From positions 1 to 63,800 of the forward strand of contig CAZQMY010000001.1 in the NCBI GenBank assembly GCA_964594405.1: a stretch of DNA of 63,800 bases. The letters are read 5' to 3'. The notes under the pieces are model-generated. The model did not search any database, was not told where the DNA came from, and saw only the letters and a program-made list of their open reading frames with translations. Position numbers and translations under genes: made by a program. Below, in pieces: positions 45,655-54,062 of the stretch (its first letter is position 1; each line of letters begins with the position of its first letter). The DNA is from an uncultured Spirochaetaceae bacterium. Lineage in GTDB: Bacteria > Myxococcota_A > UBA9160 > UBA4427.

Positions 45655-47694
45655 ATGGATGTGGAGGTCGAAGGGGATCGGTGCGCGCCGACACCGACGT
45701 GTAGGGGCCTGGTCACGCTGCTCGCTCCGGCCGCGACCCTCCTCCTGATCGGCGGGGTGATGGCTCAGGGCCTGCATGGCCGGCTCTTCTGGGACGACTG
45801 GGTCCTGGTAGAGGGCGTCGACCCCGAGGCGAGCCTCGCCGCGATCTTCGGCCGGGACCTCTTTGCGCCTTCCACGCGCGAGATGGTCGGTCACTACTAT
45901 CGCCCCATGGTGACGCTCTCGTACGTGCTCGGCGCAGCGCTCTGGGGATCGGCCCCTTCGGCCGAGGGGCTCGTCAACCTCGGCCTCCACCTGCTGGTCT
46001 GCGGCCTGCTCTTCCTGCTGCTCCTTCGGCTCGACGTCGAGGCCGGCCTCGCCGCGGCGGCGACGGCGGTCTTCGGGCTGATGCCCCGACTCACCGAGTC
46101 GGTCTTCTGGATCTCCGGCCGGACGGATCCGATGGCCGGGGTCTTCGTGCTCCTGGCGCTCATCGTCTGGCTCGGCGGCGCGCCGACCTCGTCGCGGCGC
46201 TGGCTCTCCGCGGCTTGCATCGGTCTGGGGCTGATGGCGAAGGAGGTGGCCGTCGCGGGAGCGGCGGCCATCGCGTTCGTCGAGATGGGGCGCCTGACAC
46301 GCCGTGAGGCGCCGCTGGCCGCAGCATCGTCGCTCGCGCGTCGCTGCGCTCCGCTGCTCTGGGTGCTCATCGCCTTCTTCGTGGCGAGGGGGATGGTGCT
46401 CGACGGACTGGTCAAGGTCGAGTCACCGATGGGTGTCGGGGGGCGACTCGTCCTGGCGCTGGAAGCCCTCGGAAGCTACGCGTCGATGCTCCTGGATCCG
46501 CTGCGTCCCGCGCTGCGGATCGGCTTCGTGGAGGCTGCGCGTGAGCCCTGGCGGGTCGGCGTCGGGTCTGGTGTGCTGATGCTCGTCGGGCTGCTGACGG
46601 ATCGCGGTCTGCGGCCCGATGCGGATGCAGGCACCCGGCTCGGGCTTGGCCTCGGGCTCGCTTCGCTCCTGCCGGTGCTCCACGTCCTGCCCTTCGGATC
46701 GGATACCGTGGCCGCGGATCGATTCCTCTATCTCCCCTGGCTGGGCGTGGTGATCGCCGGTGCGAGCGTCCTCGCGCGCGCAGCGGCGCCCAGGCGTCGT
46801 CTTGGAGCCCTGGTCGGAGGCGTCGCGGCGGTCGCCTTCGCGTTCGCCGTTTCCGCGCACGCCGAGGTGTGGGCCGACGAAGCGCTCCTCTGGCATCGCG
46901 CCGCCGCCCGTGCCCACCCGCAGGATCCAGTCCCGCACGTCTGGCTGGGCAACACGCTCCTCGAGCGCGGCGAGCCTGCCGCGGCGCTCGCGCACTACGG
47001 TCGCGTGCTGAGCCTGGAGCAGGGGCGCCCACGCGACCGGAGATCCCCGGTCCGCATCGCCAGCACGCTCTCCAACGCGAGCCTCGCGCTCGCCGCGCTG
47101 GGTCGCTCGGACGAAGCGCTGCGACGCATCGAGGAGGCGATCCGCATCGAGCCGCAGCTGCCATCGCATCGGCTCCTGCACGTTCATCTGCTGGCGCGCG
47201 GGCTTCGATTCGAGGAGGCCGGTCGTGCGCTGGCTTCGCTGCGCGATCTGCCCGGGGCCGCCGCGAAGACCGCCGAGCTCGCCGCGCTCATCGGCGAGGC
47301 GGAGCGCCGCTGGCGCGCGCTACCGCCGACCGGCGCGCAAGAGGCGGCCGAAGTCCTCGTCGCGCGCGCACTGATCCTCGCCGAGCTCGGCGCGATCTTC
47401 GAGGCCAGCGCATTCTTCGAGCGGGCGCTGGGCGGCGACGATGCCCGGACCGATCATCTGCTCGAGGGGGCCCGCTTTCACGCACTCCGGGCCTCCGTGG
47501 ATGAGGCCGCGCGCCTGCTCGCGCGCGCAGAAGGGCGGCCGGGTGTCGAGCCGCGCGAGGTCCACCTCCTTCGGGCCCTCCTCCGAGCCCGTCGCGGCGA
47601 CGCCGTCCCCGACGAGGTGGTCGGGGCCGCACGCGCGCTCGACGCGGCGAAGCGCGCTCAGGCCAGCCCCCGGCCCTCTCGAGCGCCGGGCTAG
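45655..47694 (+). CDS. GT-C-like polytopic membrane domain (TMTC/DUF1736-like) fused to C-terminal TPR repeats
   Basis: 'FWDDWVLV...HYYRPMVTLSY' plus about 9 TM segments, then TPR-like 'WLGNTLLERGEPAAALAHYGRVLSLEQ' and similar. Confidence 0.72.
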   Translation: MDVEVEGDRCAPTPTCRGLVTLLAPAATLLLIGGVMAQGLHGRLFWDDWVLVEGVDPEASLAAIFGRDLFAPSTREMVGHYYRPMVTLSYVLGAALWGSAPSAEGLVNLGLHLLVCGLLFLLLLRLDVEAGLAAAATAVFGLMPRLTESVFWISGRTDPMAGVFVLLALIVWLGGAPTSSRRWLSAACIGLGLMAKEVAVAGAAAIAFVEMGRLTRREAPLAAASSLARRCAPLLWVLIAFFVARGMVLDGLVKVESPMGVGGRLVLALEALGSYASMLLDPLRPALRIGFVEAAREPWRVGVGSGVLMLVGLLTDRGLRPDADAGTRLGLGLGLASLLPVLHVLPFGSDTVAADRFLYLPWLGVVIAGASVLARAAAPRRRLGALVGGVAAVAFAFAVSAHAEVWADEALLWHRAAARAHPQDPVPHVWLGNTLLERGEPAAALAHYGRVLSLEQGRPRDRRSPVRIASTLSNASLALAALGRSDEALRRIEEAIRIEPQLPSHRLLHVHLLARGLRFEEAGRALASLRDLPGAAAKTAELAALIGEAERRWRALPPTGAQEAAEVLVARALILAELGAIFEASAFFERALGGDDARTDHLLEGARFHALRASVDEAARLLARAEGRPGVEPREVHLLRALLRARRGDAVPDEVVGAARALDAAKRAQASPRPSRAPG

Positions 47695-48926
47695 AAGACC
47701 CCGCTGCGGTAGATGCGCTCCATGTCCACCGTGATGCCGTCGAGACTCATCGAGGCCTGCTTGAGTGACCCGGTCTCGTCCATCACGCCCTTCATGGTCG
47801 CATCTCCCAGGGTGATGAGCGCATCGTACTCGTTGCGACCGAGGGTTCCGAGGACCTGGACGTTCGAAGTCTGGACCGCGGACGGATCGGACTCGCTCGA
47901 CCAGACGACGTGGCTCACCTCGACGCCGGCGCCGCCGCTCTCGATGGCCGATCGAAGCTCGCGCATCTGCCGCAGAGAGGACGGCAGCTCGCCGTGCTCG
48001 AGCCGCGCTTCGAAGGGGTTGCCCTGGAAGGTGCCCTCCACCGACCATTCGGCCTCGGCCGCCCTGCGGAGGGAGAGCTCGGTGGTGAGCGCACCGTCGT
48101 CGATGGACTGCGACCACTGATTGATGAGGCGGCCCGACTCCGTCGAGAACTCCATCTCGTAGGTGTCGAGCGAGCTCACCTGCCCCGGGCCGGTCTGCAG
48201 GAGCATCGCGGTGGAGGTGGCGATGGCAGTATCGCCGTCGCTGTCGCGCTGCAGGGAGAGCCGCGTCACGCCCACCTTGCGGTCGCCGATCGAGAGCAGG
48301 GCGACCTCGCTGTAGTAGGGCATCGGCGGCATCATGCCCGGCACCTCGAGGCTTCCGACCACCGCTTCGAAGGCGCGGAAGAAGGTGCGCTCGTATCCGA
48401 GCTCATTCTGGATGCATGCGATGCCGATGCCGTGCTTGAGCGCCGAGTAGATGGTGAGCTGTCCCAGCGCCTTGACACCATCTTGATTCACGCGATAGAG
48501 CCACTGCACGCCGACGAAGGGATAGCCGTCCACCGAGCCCGCGTCGACGTCGGCCACCTGGCGCGTATCCAGCCCGGGCTCGGCCTCCTTGCTGATCATC
48601 TGCTCTGCCATGGCACTGATGGCGGTGGCCAGGTGGAGGCCCTTGGGGTAGAGGAAGCAGGCGATCCGCGACTGCGAGCCCGCGTCGATCTCGAGGCCGT
48701 AGTAGCCCTCGATCTCCTCGATCTCCGTGGCGCGCCCGGGCACCATGACCCGAAGCTGGCCGTCAGAGGTGACGAAGGGCGTATCGGGGAGCGTCTCCGC
48801 CTCCTTGTCGAGGGCCGCCCGGGCGTCGAACGACTCCGCGGAGGGGGCCTCGCCCCGCTTCCCCGACGCGCAGCCGAGGGAGATCGCCATCAGCGAGACG
48901 AGCAGGCAGAGGGCAAGGGCGCGCAT
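47691..48926 (-). CDS. Orphan lipoprotein (411 aa), no recognised domain
   Basis: Lipobox 'MAISLGCASG' and good GC3 bias throughout. Confidence 0.65.
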   Translation of the reverse strand: MRALALCLLVSLMAISLGCASGKRGEAPSAESFDARAALDKEAETLPDTPFVTSDGQLRVMVPGRATEIEEIEGYYGLEIDAGSQSRIACFLYPKGLHLATAISAMAEQMISKEAEPGLDTRQVADVDAGSVDGYPFVGVQWLYRVNQDGVKALGQLTIYSALKHGIGIACIQNELGYERTFFRAFEAVVGSLEVPGMMPPMPYYSEVALLSIGDRKVGVTRLSLQRDSDGDTAIATSTAMLLQTGPGQVSSLDTYEMEFSTESGRLINQWSQSIDDGALTTELSLRRAAEAEWSVEGTFQGNPFEARLEHGELPSSLRQMRELRSAIESGGAGVEVSHVVWSSESDPSAVQTSNVQVLGTLGRNEYDALITLGDATMKGVMDETGSLKQASMSLDGITVDMERIYRSGVF

Positions 48927-49114
48927 AGCGGCAGGATCTCCATCGCAGGGGCGTGACGGACGCGTGAGGGCTGCGCGTCCTCGATACGAGTGTCGCCCGG
49001 CCAGGTGCGCCGGGCAACCCGAACGCCGGGCGATCTCACTCTCGCTTTCGATCAGCGCAGGCGGGGCTACTGTTCGGATTCGGCGGACGAACGGTCGGTC
49101 GGGAGGAGATTCGC

Positions 49115-51286
49115 ATGCGCGAATCGCGCATCACGTTCTGTCGCATCTGTGAAGCCAGCTGTGGCCTCATCGCGGAGGTGGAGGGCGATCTCGTTCGGGG
49201 GCTCAAGCCCGATCCCGACCACGTGTCGAGTCGTGGCTTCGCCTGCGCCAAGGGCACCCGCTATACGGACGTGCACCACTCGCCGGATCGACTGCGCCGC
49301 CCCCTCAAGCGCGATGGGGAGCGCTACGTCGAGATCGGCTGGACGCAGGCGATGAAGGAGATCGGCGAGCGAGCGCGCGCGATCCAGCGAGCAGGCGGCG
49401 CCGATTCGCTGGGCGTGTACTGCGGCAACCCGACTCCCTTCTCTCCGATCGGACTGATCTTCGCCAAGGCCTTCGCGATGTCGCTCCGAACCCCCCACGT
49501 CTACACGGCGGCTTCCCTGGACTGCAACAACAAGTTCGTGGCCGCGGAGTCCATGCTCGGCTCGCCGATGCTGAATCCGATTCCCGACCTCGACCACACC
49601 GAGCTGCTCGTCCTGATCGGGGCCAATCCCCTGATCTCCAACATGACCTTCATGCACGCCCCGCGAATCGGTGAGCGCCTTCGCGCGATCGAAACGCGTG
49701 GAGGGCGTGTGGTCACCATCGATCCGCGCAGGAACGAGACCGCCAGGCAGATCGGCGAGCATCACTTCATCCGCGCAGGGACCGACGTCTTCTTCCTGCT
49801 CGCTCTGACACGGGCCCTGCTGGCGCGCGGTGCGGACGCCCGCACCAGCGCAACGCCGACCCGGGGCCTCTCGGCGCTCAGGGACGTGGTCGAGCCCTGG
49901 TCCGCCGAGCGCGTGGCGCCGGTGACCGGCATCGAGCCCGGGGTGGTCGAGGAGCTGGCCGATCGGCTGATGGCCGCGAATGGCGCCGCCGTCTACCACT
50001 CGGTGGGCGTCAATCAGGGGCCGCACGGCTCGCTCTGTGCATGGCTCGTGATGGCGCTGAACGTGATCACCGGCAATCTCTACCGGAGGGGCGGCATGAT
50101 TGTGACGCCCCAGATGAAGCGCAATGCGCGGATCAGCCACGTCCTCGCTTCGCGCAGATCCTACGGACCGACGGCCGTCGGCGGCTTCGATCGCATCTTC
50201 GATTGCGAGCCCGTGGGACTGATCCCCGATCAGGTCCGCACCAGCGGACCAGGCAGACTTCGCGGCCTCTTCGTCAATGCGGGCAACCTCGCCCTCGCGG
50301 CGCCGGATGCCCGACGCATGGACGAAGCGCTCTCCGAGCTGGACCTGCTCGTCTGTGTCGACCTGTTTCGGAACGAGACCGCCAGACACGCCGACTACGT
50401 CCTTCCGTCGACCTCCTTCCTGGAACGGAGCGACCTGCCGCTCGGCGTCACGGGCTACCAGCCCGAGCCCTATCTCCAGCTCGTCGAGCCCGTGGTGCGT
50501 CCGCTCGGTGAAGCCCGGGACGATTGGTGGATCCTCGCTCAGCTGGCCAGGGTGTGCAGCGCTCCTTCCCTCGCGGCGTGGCCCTTGCGGGTGCTCATCG
50601 AGCTCGTGGTGGGTGGACCCGACTCGCGTTCACTCGCGTGGCGAGAGCGCGTCGCCCGGACGGTCTATGGTGCCATCTGTCTCTTGAACGGACGATGGCC
50701 GGGCTGGGTGCGCAGACGGCCGCACGGCGTGCGTCTGCCCGCGGTCGTACCCGAGCGCGAGGCTCGGGGCGGCGTCTTCATGCCCGGCGGCGCCGTGGAT
50801 CTCTGCCCCGAAGCACTGCGCTCGGAGGCCAGCGGGCTCGAGGCAGCCTTCGAGGCGGAGCGCCAGTCGGACGCGGGGCTCCGCCTGATCTCGCGGCGTG
50901 AGCGCCTCTCGCACAACTCGTGGATGCACAACGTGCCGGCCTTCTCGAATCCTCGCCGGGGTCGGAGTCGACTCAGGATGCATCCCGACGATGCGCGGGC
51001 GCGCGGCATCCAGGAGGGTGGTCGGTGCCGCGTCCTCAGCGAGGCCGGTTCCGTCGAGACCGGTGTCGAGCTCGACGCAGACCTGATGCCGGGCACGGTC
51101 TGCCTGCCCCACGGCTGGGGGCATGCGGGAGCCGATGGCCTGCAGATCGCCCGGCGCACGGTGGGCGTCAACTTCAACGTGCTCGCCGAGAGCGGCCCCC
51201 AGTCGCTGGAGCGGCTCTCGGGGATGGCGCGCTTGTCCGCGATCCCAGTCGAGGTGGAGCCCCTCGACGACGAGGCCGTCGGCTAG
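49115..51286 (+). CDS. Molybdopterin (bis-MGD) oxidoreductase, cytoplasmic FdhF/NasA-like
   Basis: GGGAGGAG is upstream. N-terminal 4Fe-4S motif 'CRICEASCGL...GFACAKG', no Tat signal, and a C-terminal beta-barrel 'RMHPDDARARGIQEGGRCRV'. Confidence 0.9.
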   Translation: MRESRITFCRICEASCGLIAEVEGDLVRGLKPDPDHVSSRGFACAKGTRYTDVHHSPDRLRRPLKRDGERYVEIGWTQAMKEIGERARAIQRAGGADSLGVYCGNPTPFSPIGLIFAKAFAMSLRTPHVYTAASLDCNNKFVAAESMLGSPMLNPIPDLDHTELLVLIGANPLISNMTFMHAPRIGERLRAIETRGGRVVTIDPRRNETARQIGEHHFIRAGTDVFFLLALTRALLARGADARTSATPTRGLSALRDVVEPWSAERVAPVTGIEPGVVEELADRLMAANGAAVYHSVGVNQGPHGSLCAWLVMALNVITGNLYRRGGMIVTPQMKRNARISHVLASRRSYGPTAVGGFDRIFDCEPVGLIPDQVRTSGPGRLRGLFVNAGNLALAAPDARRMDEALSELDLLVCVDLFRNETARHADYVLPSTSFLERSDLPLGVTGYQPEPYLQLVEPVVRPLGEARDDWWILAQLARVCSAPSLAAWPLRVLIELVVGGPDSRSLAWRERVARTVYGAICLLNGRWPGWVRRRPHGVRLPAVVPEREARGGVFMPGGAVDLCPEALRSEASGLEAAFEAERQSDAGLRLISRRERLSHNSWMHNVPAFSNPRRGRSRLRMHPDDARARGIQEGGRCRVLSEAGSVETGVELDADLMPGTVCLPHGWGHAGADGLQIARRTVGVNFNVLAESGPQSLERLSGMARLSAIPVEVEPLDDEAVG

Positions 51287-51522
51287 AGATCAGCTCGCGC
51301 CCGATGCGCGCGTCGCTCCACGGATGCGGAGACGCGTGCGAAGCCGCGTAAGCAGAGGTTGGCCGCGATCAGCGAGACGTCGAGCGTATCGCCCTGGCCG
51401 ATCTCCACGCCCTCCATCTCCATGTCCCGGCCGAGCTCTTCGAGGCCCTGGGCGCTCTGGGCTGCGAGCGCTCCGAGCAGGCCGCCCGCACGGTGATCGG
51501 CGCGATCCGTGGCGGCCATCAT
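51283..51522 (-). CDS. Doubtful small ORF (79 aa)
   Basis: ATGATG at 51522-51517 with mostly G/C third positions, but it contains a rare TTA codon, has no clear RBS and matches no recognisable family. Confidence 0.25.
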   Translation of the reverse strand: MMAATDRADHRAGGLLGALAAQSAQGLEELGRDMEMEGVEIGQGDTLDVSLIAANLCLRGFARVSASVERRAHRARADL

Positions 51523-51589
51523 GAGCAGCCGACCCGCGGCGAGGCGGACTCGAGGTCGCTCCGCCGGCGCGCAGGCGGGTGCTCGCCGC

Positions 51590-53479
51590 CTACGGGGCGA
51601 GCTGGGGCAGAGATGGCGTCGCGAGGCCGGCGCCCTGTGCGAGCGCGTCGCCGGGCGACTCGCCCCCTGCTTCCTCGAAGAGCCCGCTCTCCGCGGGAAC
51701 GGGCGCGCCCTTCGCATCGATTCGCGTGACCTGCGGTCGCCCGCCCTCGATCTGCCACGAGGGCCCGTTCGAGTTCGAAGTCCATACGCGTCCACGAGCG
51801 TCGAAGTCGACCTCGCGGGTGTAGGTGACGCGCGTGGGCAAGGGGTAGACGGTGAAGCGCTCGCGCTCGGGCTCGAAGCGGATCATCGTGTCACTGTTGG
51901 TCCCGCAGATCCAGACCTCGTCGCTGCTCGGCTCGACGTGCAGCGCGTAGGGGGTCTCGGTTCCGAGGGGCTCGATGGGCAGCGGCCAGGTCTCGAAGGC
52001 GCGCGTCTCGGGATCGAATCTCGCGATCAGCGACTCGGAGAAGCTCGGGATCCAGAGCTGCCCCTTGCTGTCGAAGCGGAGCCGCCGCGGCGTCTCGAAG
52101 GGCGTGTCGATCATCTCGTAGTCGAGGGTGTCGGGGTCGATGCGCCCGATGCGGTGCTCGTTGAGCTGACTGAACCAGACGCCTCCATCGGGCGCGATGT
52201 CGATGCCGTAGGGGACGGGCATCTTGATTCCGTCGCCGTCCGCGGCACCGCCACGCAGATCAACGTGGCGCATGACCTCGAGCAGCATGGGCATCATCCG
52301 CACGATGATCGCCTGCTGCCAAGTGCTCGAGGGCAGACGGATGTGCTCCTGCTCTCCGGTGGCCGGATCGAACATGCCCACGTGATTGGTCGCGGCCATC
52401 GTGTACCAGATGCGCCCGCGCGCATCGAATCGAAGCGTGTGGGGATAGATGCCCGCCTCCACCTCGTGGATCTCGAAGGTCTCCGTCCCGGGATCGAAGC
52501 GCGCGAGCTGGTTGCCCGAAGAGAGCGTGATCCAGATGGAGCCGTCGGGCGCCGTCTGGAGGGAGTGGGGCGAGACGTAGGAGTTGCCGGGCGAGTCCTG
52601 TCGGTTGCTCCCGGCGAAGACGCCGCCGGGCTCGAGGTCGCCGTGGGGCACCTTCCAGGACTCTCGCTGGCCGCCGGGCACCGAAGGATCGAGGCGGTGC
52701 AGCAGGTCCTGCGGACCATCCACCGAGTAGATGCGGCCGTCCGGGTGGACCATGAGGTCGTGCTGGTTGCTCGCCCGGGTCCCGAGGTCCCACTCTTCGA
52801 TGACGGCGAGGCGGGCGCGCGGCTGCGGCGGCGGGAGGGGACCGTCCGGCCCATCGTTTGCGAGCAGCCGGGGGTAGGCGTTCTCCGGATCGTAGGCGGC
52901 GATGTAGACGGCGGGGAGCTTCTCGCGCAGCTCGCGGGTGATCATCGCGCCGCGGCGTCCCATCAGGAGGATGAGCTTCCGCCACTCCTCCTCGGTGCGC
53001 TGGCGATGGGTCGCCCAGTTGCCCTGCTGGTGGCAGTAGGTGCACTGCTGCTTCAGCTCCCTGCGCTCGCTCGGATCGTCGAGCCGCTCCAGGACGAGGT
53101 CGTACCAACGATTGGCGGGCAGCTGCTCGGCGATCGCCTTCGGATCGCGGAGCCGCTCGAGAGTGAAGTCCAGTCTTCCGGGGGATCGATCCTTCACCGT
53201 CGCGTCCCGCCAGCCCACGCGTCTGACGCGGACGCGGTAGCGATCGGCGTCCTCGAGAGGTGGCGCGAGATAGCGACCCTGGTCGTCGGCGAAGACGGTC
53301 AGCGAGTGGCGGGGATCACCGTGGATGAAGCTCACCATCGCGCCGGGGACGGGCCGGCCCTCGGATCGGACGTAGCCATGGAAGCGCGCATCCCCCTCCA
53401 ACCCGGGGCCCGCGAGGGCGGCGAGCGAGAGCCCGCAGGTTAGACTGAGGCTCGGGAGGAGCAGGCGAAGAATCGACAT
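51590..53479 (-). CDS. Periplasmic CarboxypepD_reg-like / single heme-c (CXXCH) / Vgb-lyase-type beta-propeller protein
   Basis: ATG at 53479 and a signal peptide. 'GYVRSEGRPVPGAMVSF...DDQGRY', then 'CTYCHQQGNWATHRQRTEEEWRKLILLM', then six to seven blades such as 'GRIWYTMAATNHVGMFDPATGE' and 'GGVWFSQLNEHRIGRIDPDT'. Confidence 0.8.
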   Translation of the reverse strand: MSILRLLLPSLSLTCGLSLAALAGPGLEGDARFHGYVRSEGRPVPGAMVSFIHGDPRHSLTVFADDQGRYLAPPLEDADRYRVRVRRVGWRDATVKDRSPGRLDFTLERLRDPKAIAEQLPANRWYDLVLERLDDPSERRELKQQCTYCHQQGNWATHRQRTEEEWRKLILLMGRRGAMITRELREKLPAVYIAAYDPENAYPRLLANDGPDGPLPPPQPRARLAVIEEWDLGTRASNQHDLMVHPDGRIYSVDGPQDLLHRLDPSVPGGQRESWKVPHGDLEPGGVFAGSNRQDSPGNSYVSPHSLQTAPDGSIWITLSSGNQLARFDPGTETFEIHEVEAGIYPHTLRFDARGRIWYTMAATNHVGMFDPATGEQEHIRLPSSTWQQAIIVRMMPMLLEVMRHVDLRGGAADGDGIKMPVPYGIDIAPDGGVWFSQLNEHRIGRIDPDTLDYEMIDTPFETPRRLRFDSKGQLWIPSFSESLIARFDPETRAFETWPLPIEPLGTETPYALHVEPSSDEVWICGTNSDTMIRFEPERERFTVYPLPTRVTYTREVDFDARGRVWTSNSNGPSWQIEGGRPQVTRIDAKGAPVPAESGLFEEAGGESPGDALAQGAGLATPSLPQLAP

Positions 53480-53516
53480 GGAGGATCTCTCGGAGAAGGT
53501 CGTTTCGGGTCGGCGC

Positions 53517-54047
53517 GTGGTCCAGTCTACCACCCCTGCTCGCGCGGCAGGCCGACGCATCGTCGCGTCCCTGATCCTGATCGTTGTCACCGCCGGCGGC
53601 TGTCTCGCCCGATCGCCGCGATCGCTGCCCGAGGCCGAGGCCGAGGCCGTGCGGATCGACCCCGGCGAGGCGCTGGTCGTGCGACTCCGCTTCGGTGCGG
53701 AGGCCGATCTCGACCTCCACGTGACGGATCCGATGAAAGAGACCGTCTACTTCGGGAACAATCCATCGCTCGGCGGCGGTGTGCTCGAGGCGGACCGACG
53801 CTGCGAAGACGATGCTCCGCGCATCGAGGTGGTGCGCTTCCCCGAGCCGCGCCCGGGCGGATATCGGGTCGGGGTCGACTACATCGATCGCTGCGCGCGT
53901 ACGCGCAAGGCCGTGCCCTTCGAGGTGGAGGTCCTCTACCGCGGGCGCAGCGAGGTTCGACGGGGCGAGGTCCCGCCGGCGCGCTTCCTCCACGACTTCT
54001 GGGAGTTCGACCTCGAGGCGCTCGCGCGCGGCGCGGCGGAAGACTAG
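53517..54047 (+). CDS. Lipoprotein consisting of one 'DLDLxVxDP' module (paralogue of 36543..37481 C-terminus)
   Basis: GTG at 53517; the track ATG at 53478 would overlap the divergent gene's start. Lipobox 'VVTAGGC'. 'RLRFGAEADLDLHVTDPMKETVYF...GGGVLEADRRC...GGYRVGVDYIDRC'. Confidence 0.55.
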   Translation: MVQSTTPARAAGRRIVASLILIVVTAGGCLARSPRSLPEAEAEAVRIDPGEALVVRLRFGAEADLDLHVTDPMKETVYFGNNPSLGGGVLEADRRCEDDAPRIEVVRFPEPRPGGYRVGVDYIDRCARTRKAVPFEVEVLYRGRSEVRRGEVPPARFLHDFWEFDLEALARGAAED

Positions 54048-54062
54048 GCGGTCGTCTCCGGA

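Noticed and set aside
48927-49114. A Moco riboswitch or other leader RNA upstream of the molybdopterin oxidoreductase.
   Set aside because: I saw only a 7-bp hairpin (GCCCGGC...GCCGGGC, about 48995-49015). I could not match the conserved Moco-motif core from memory. A covariance-model scan (Rfam RF01055) would be needed.
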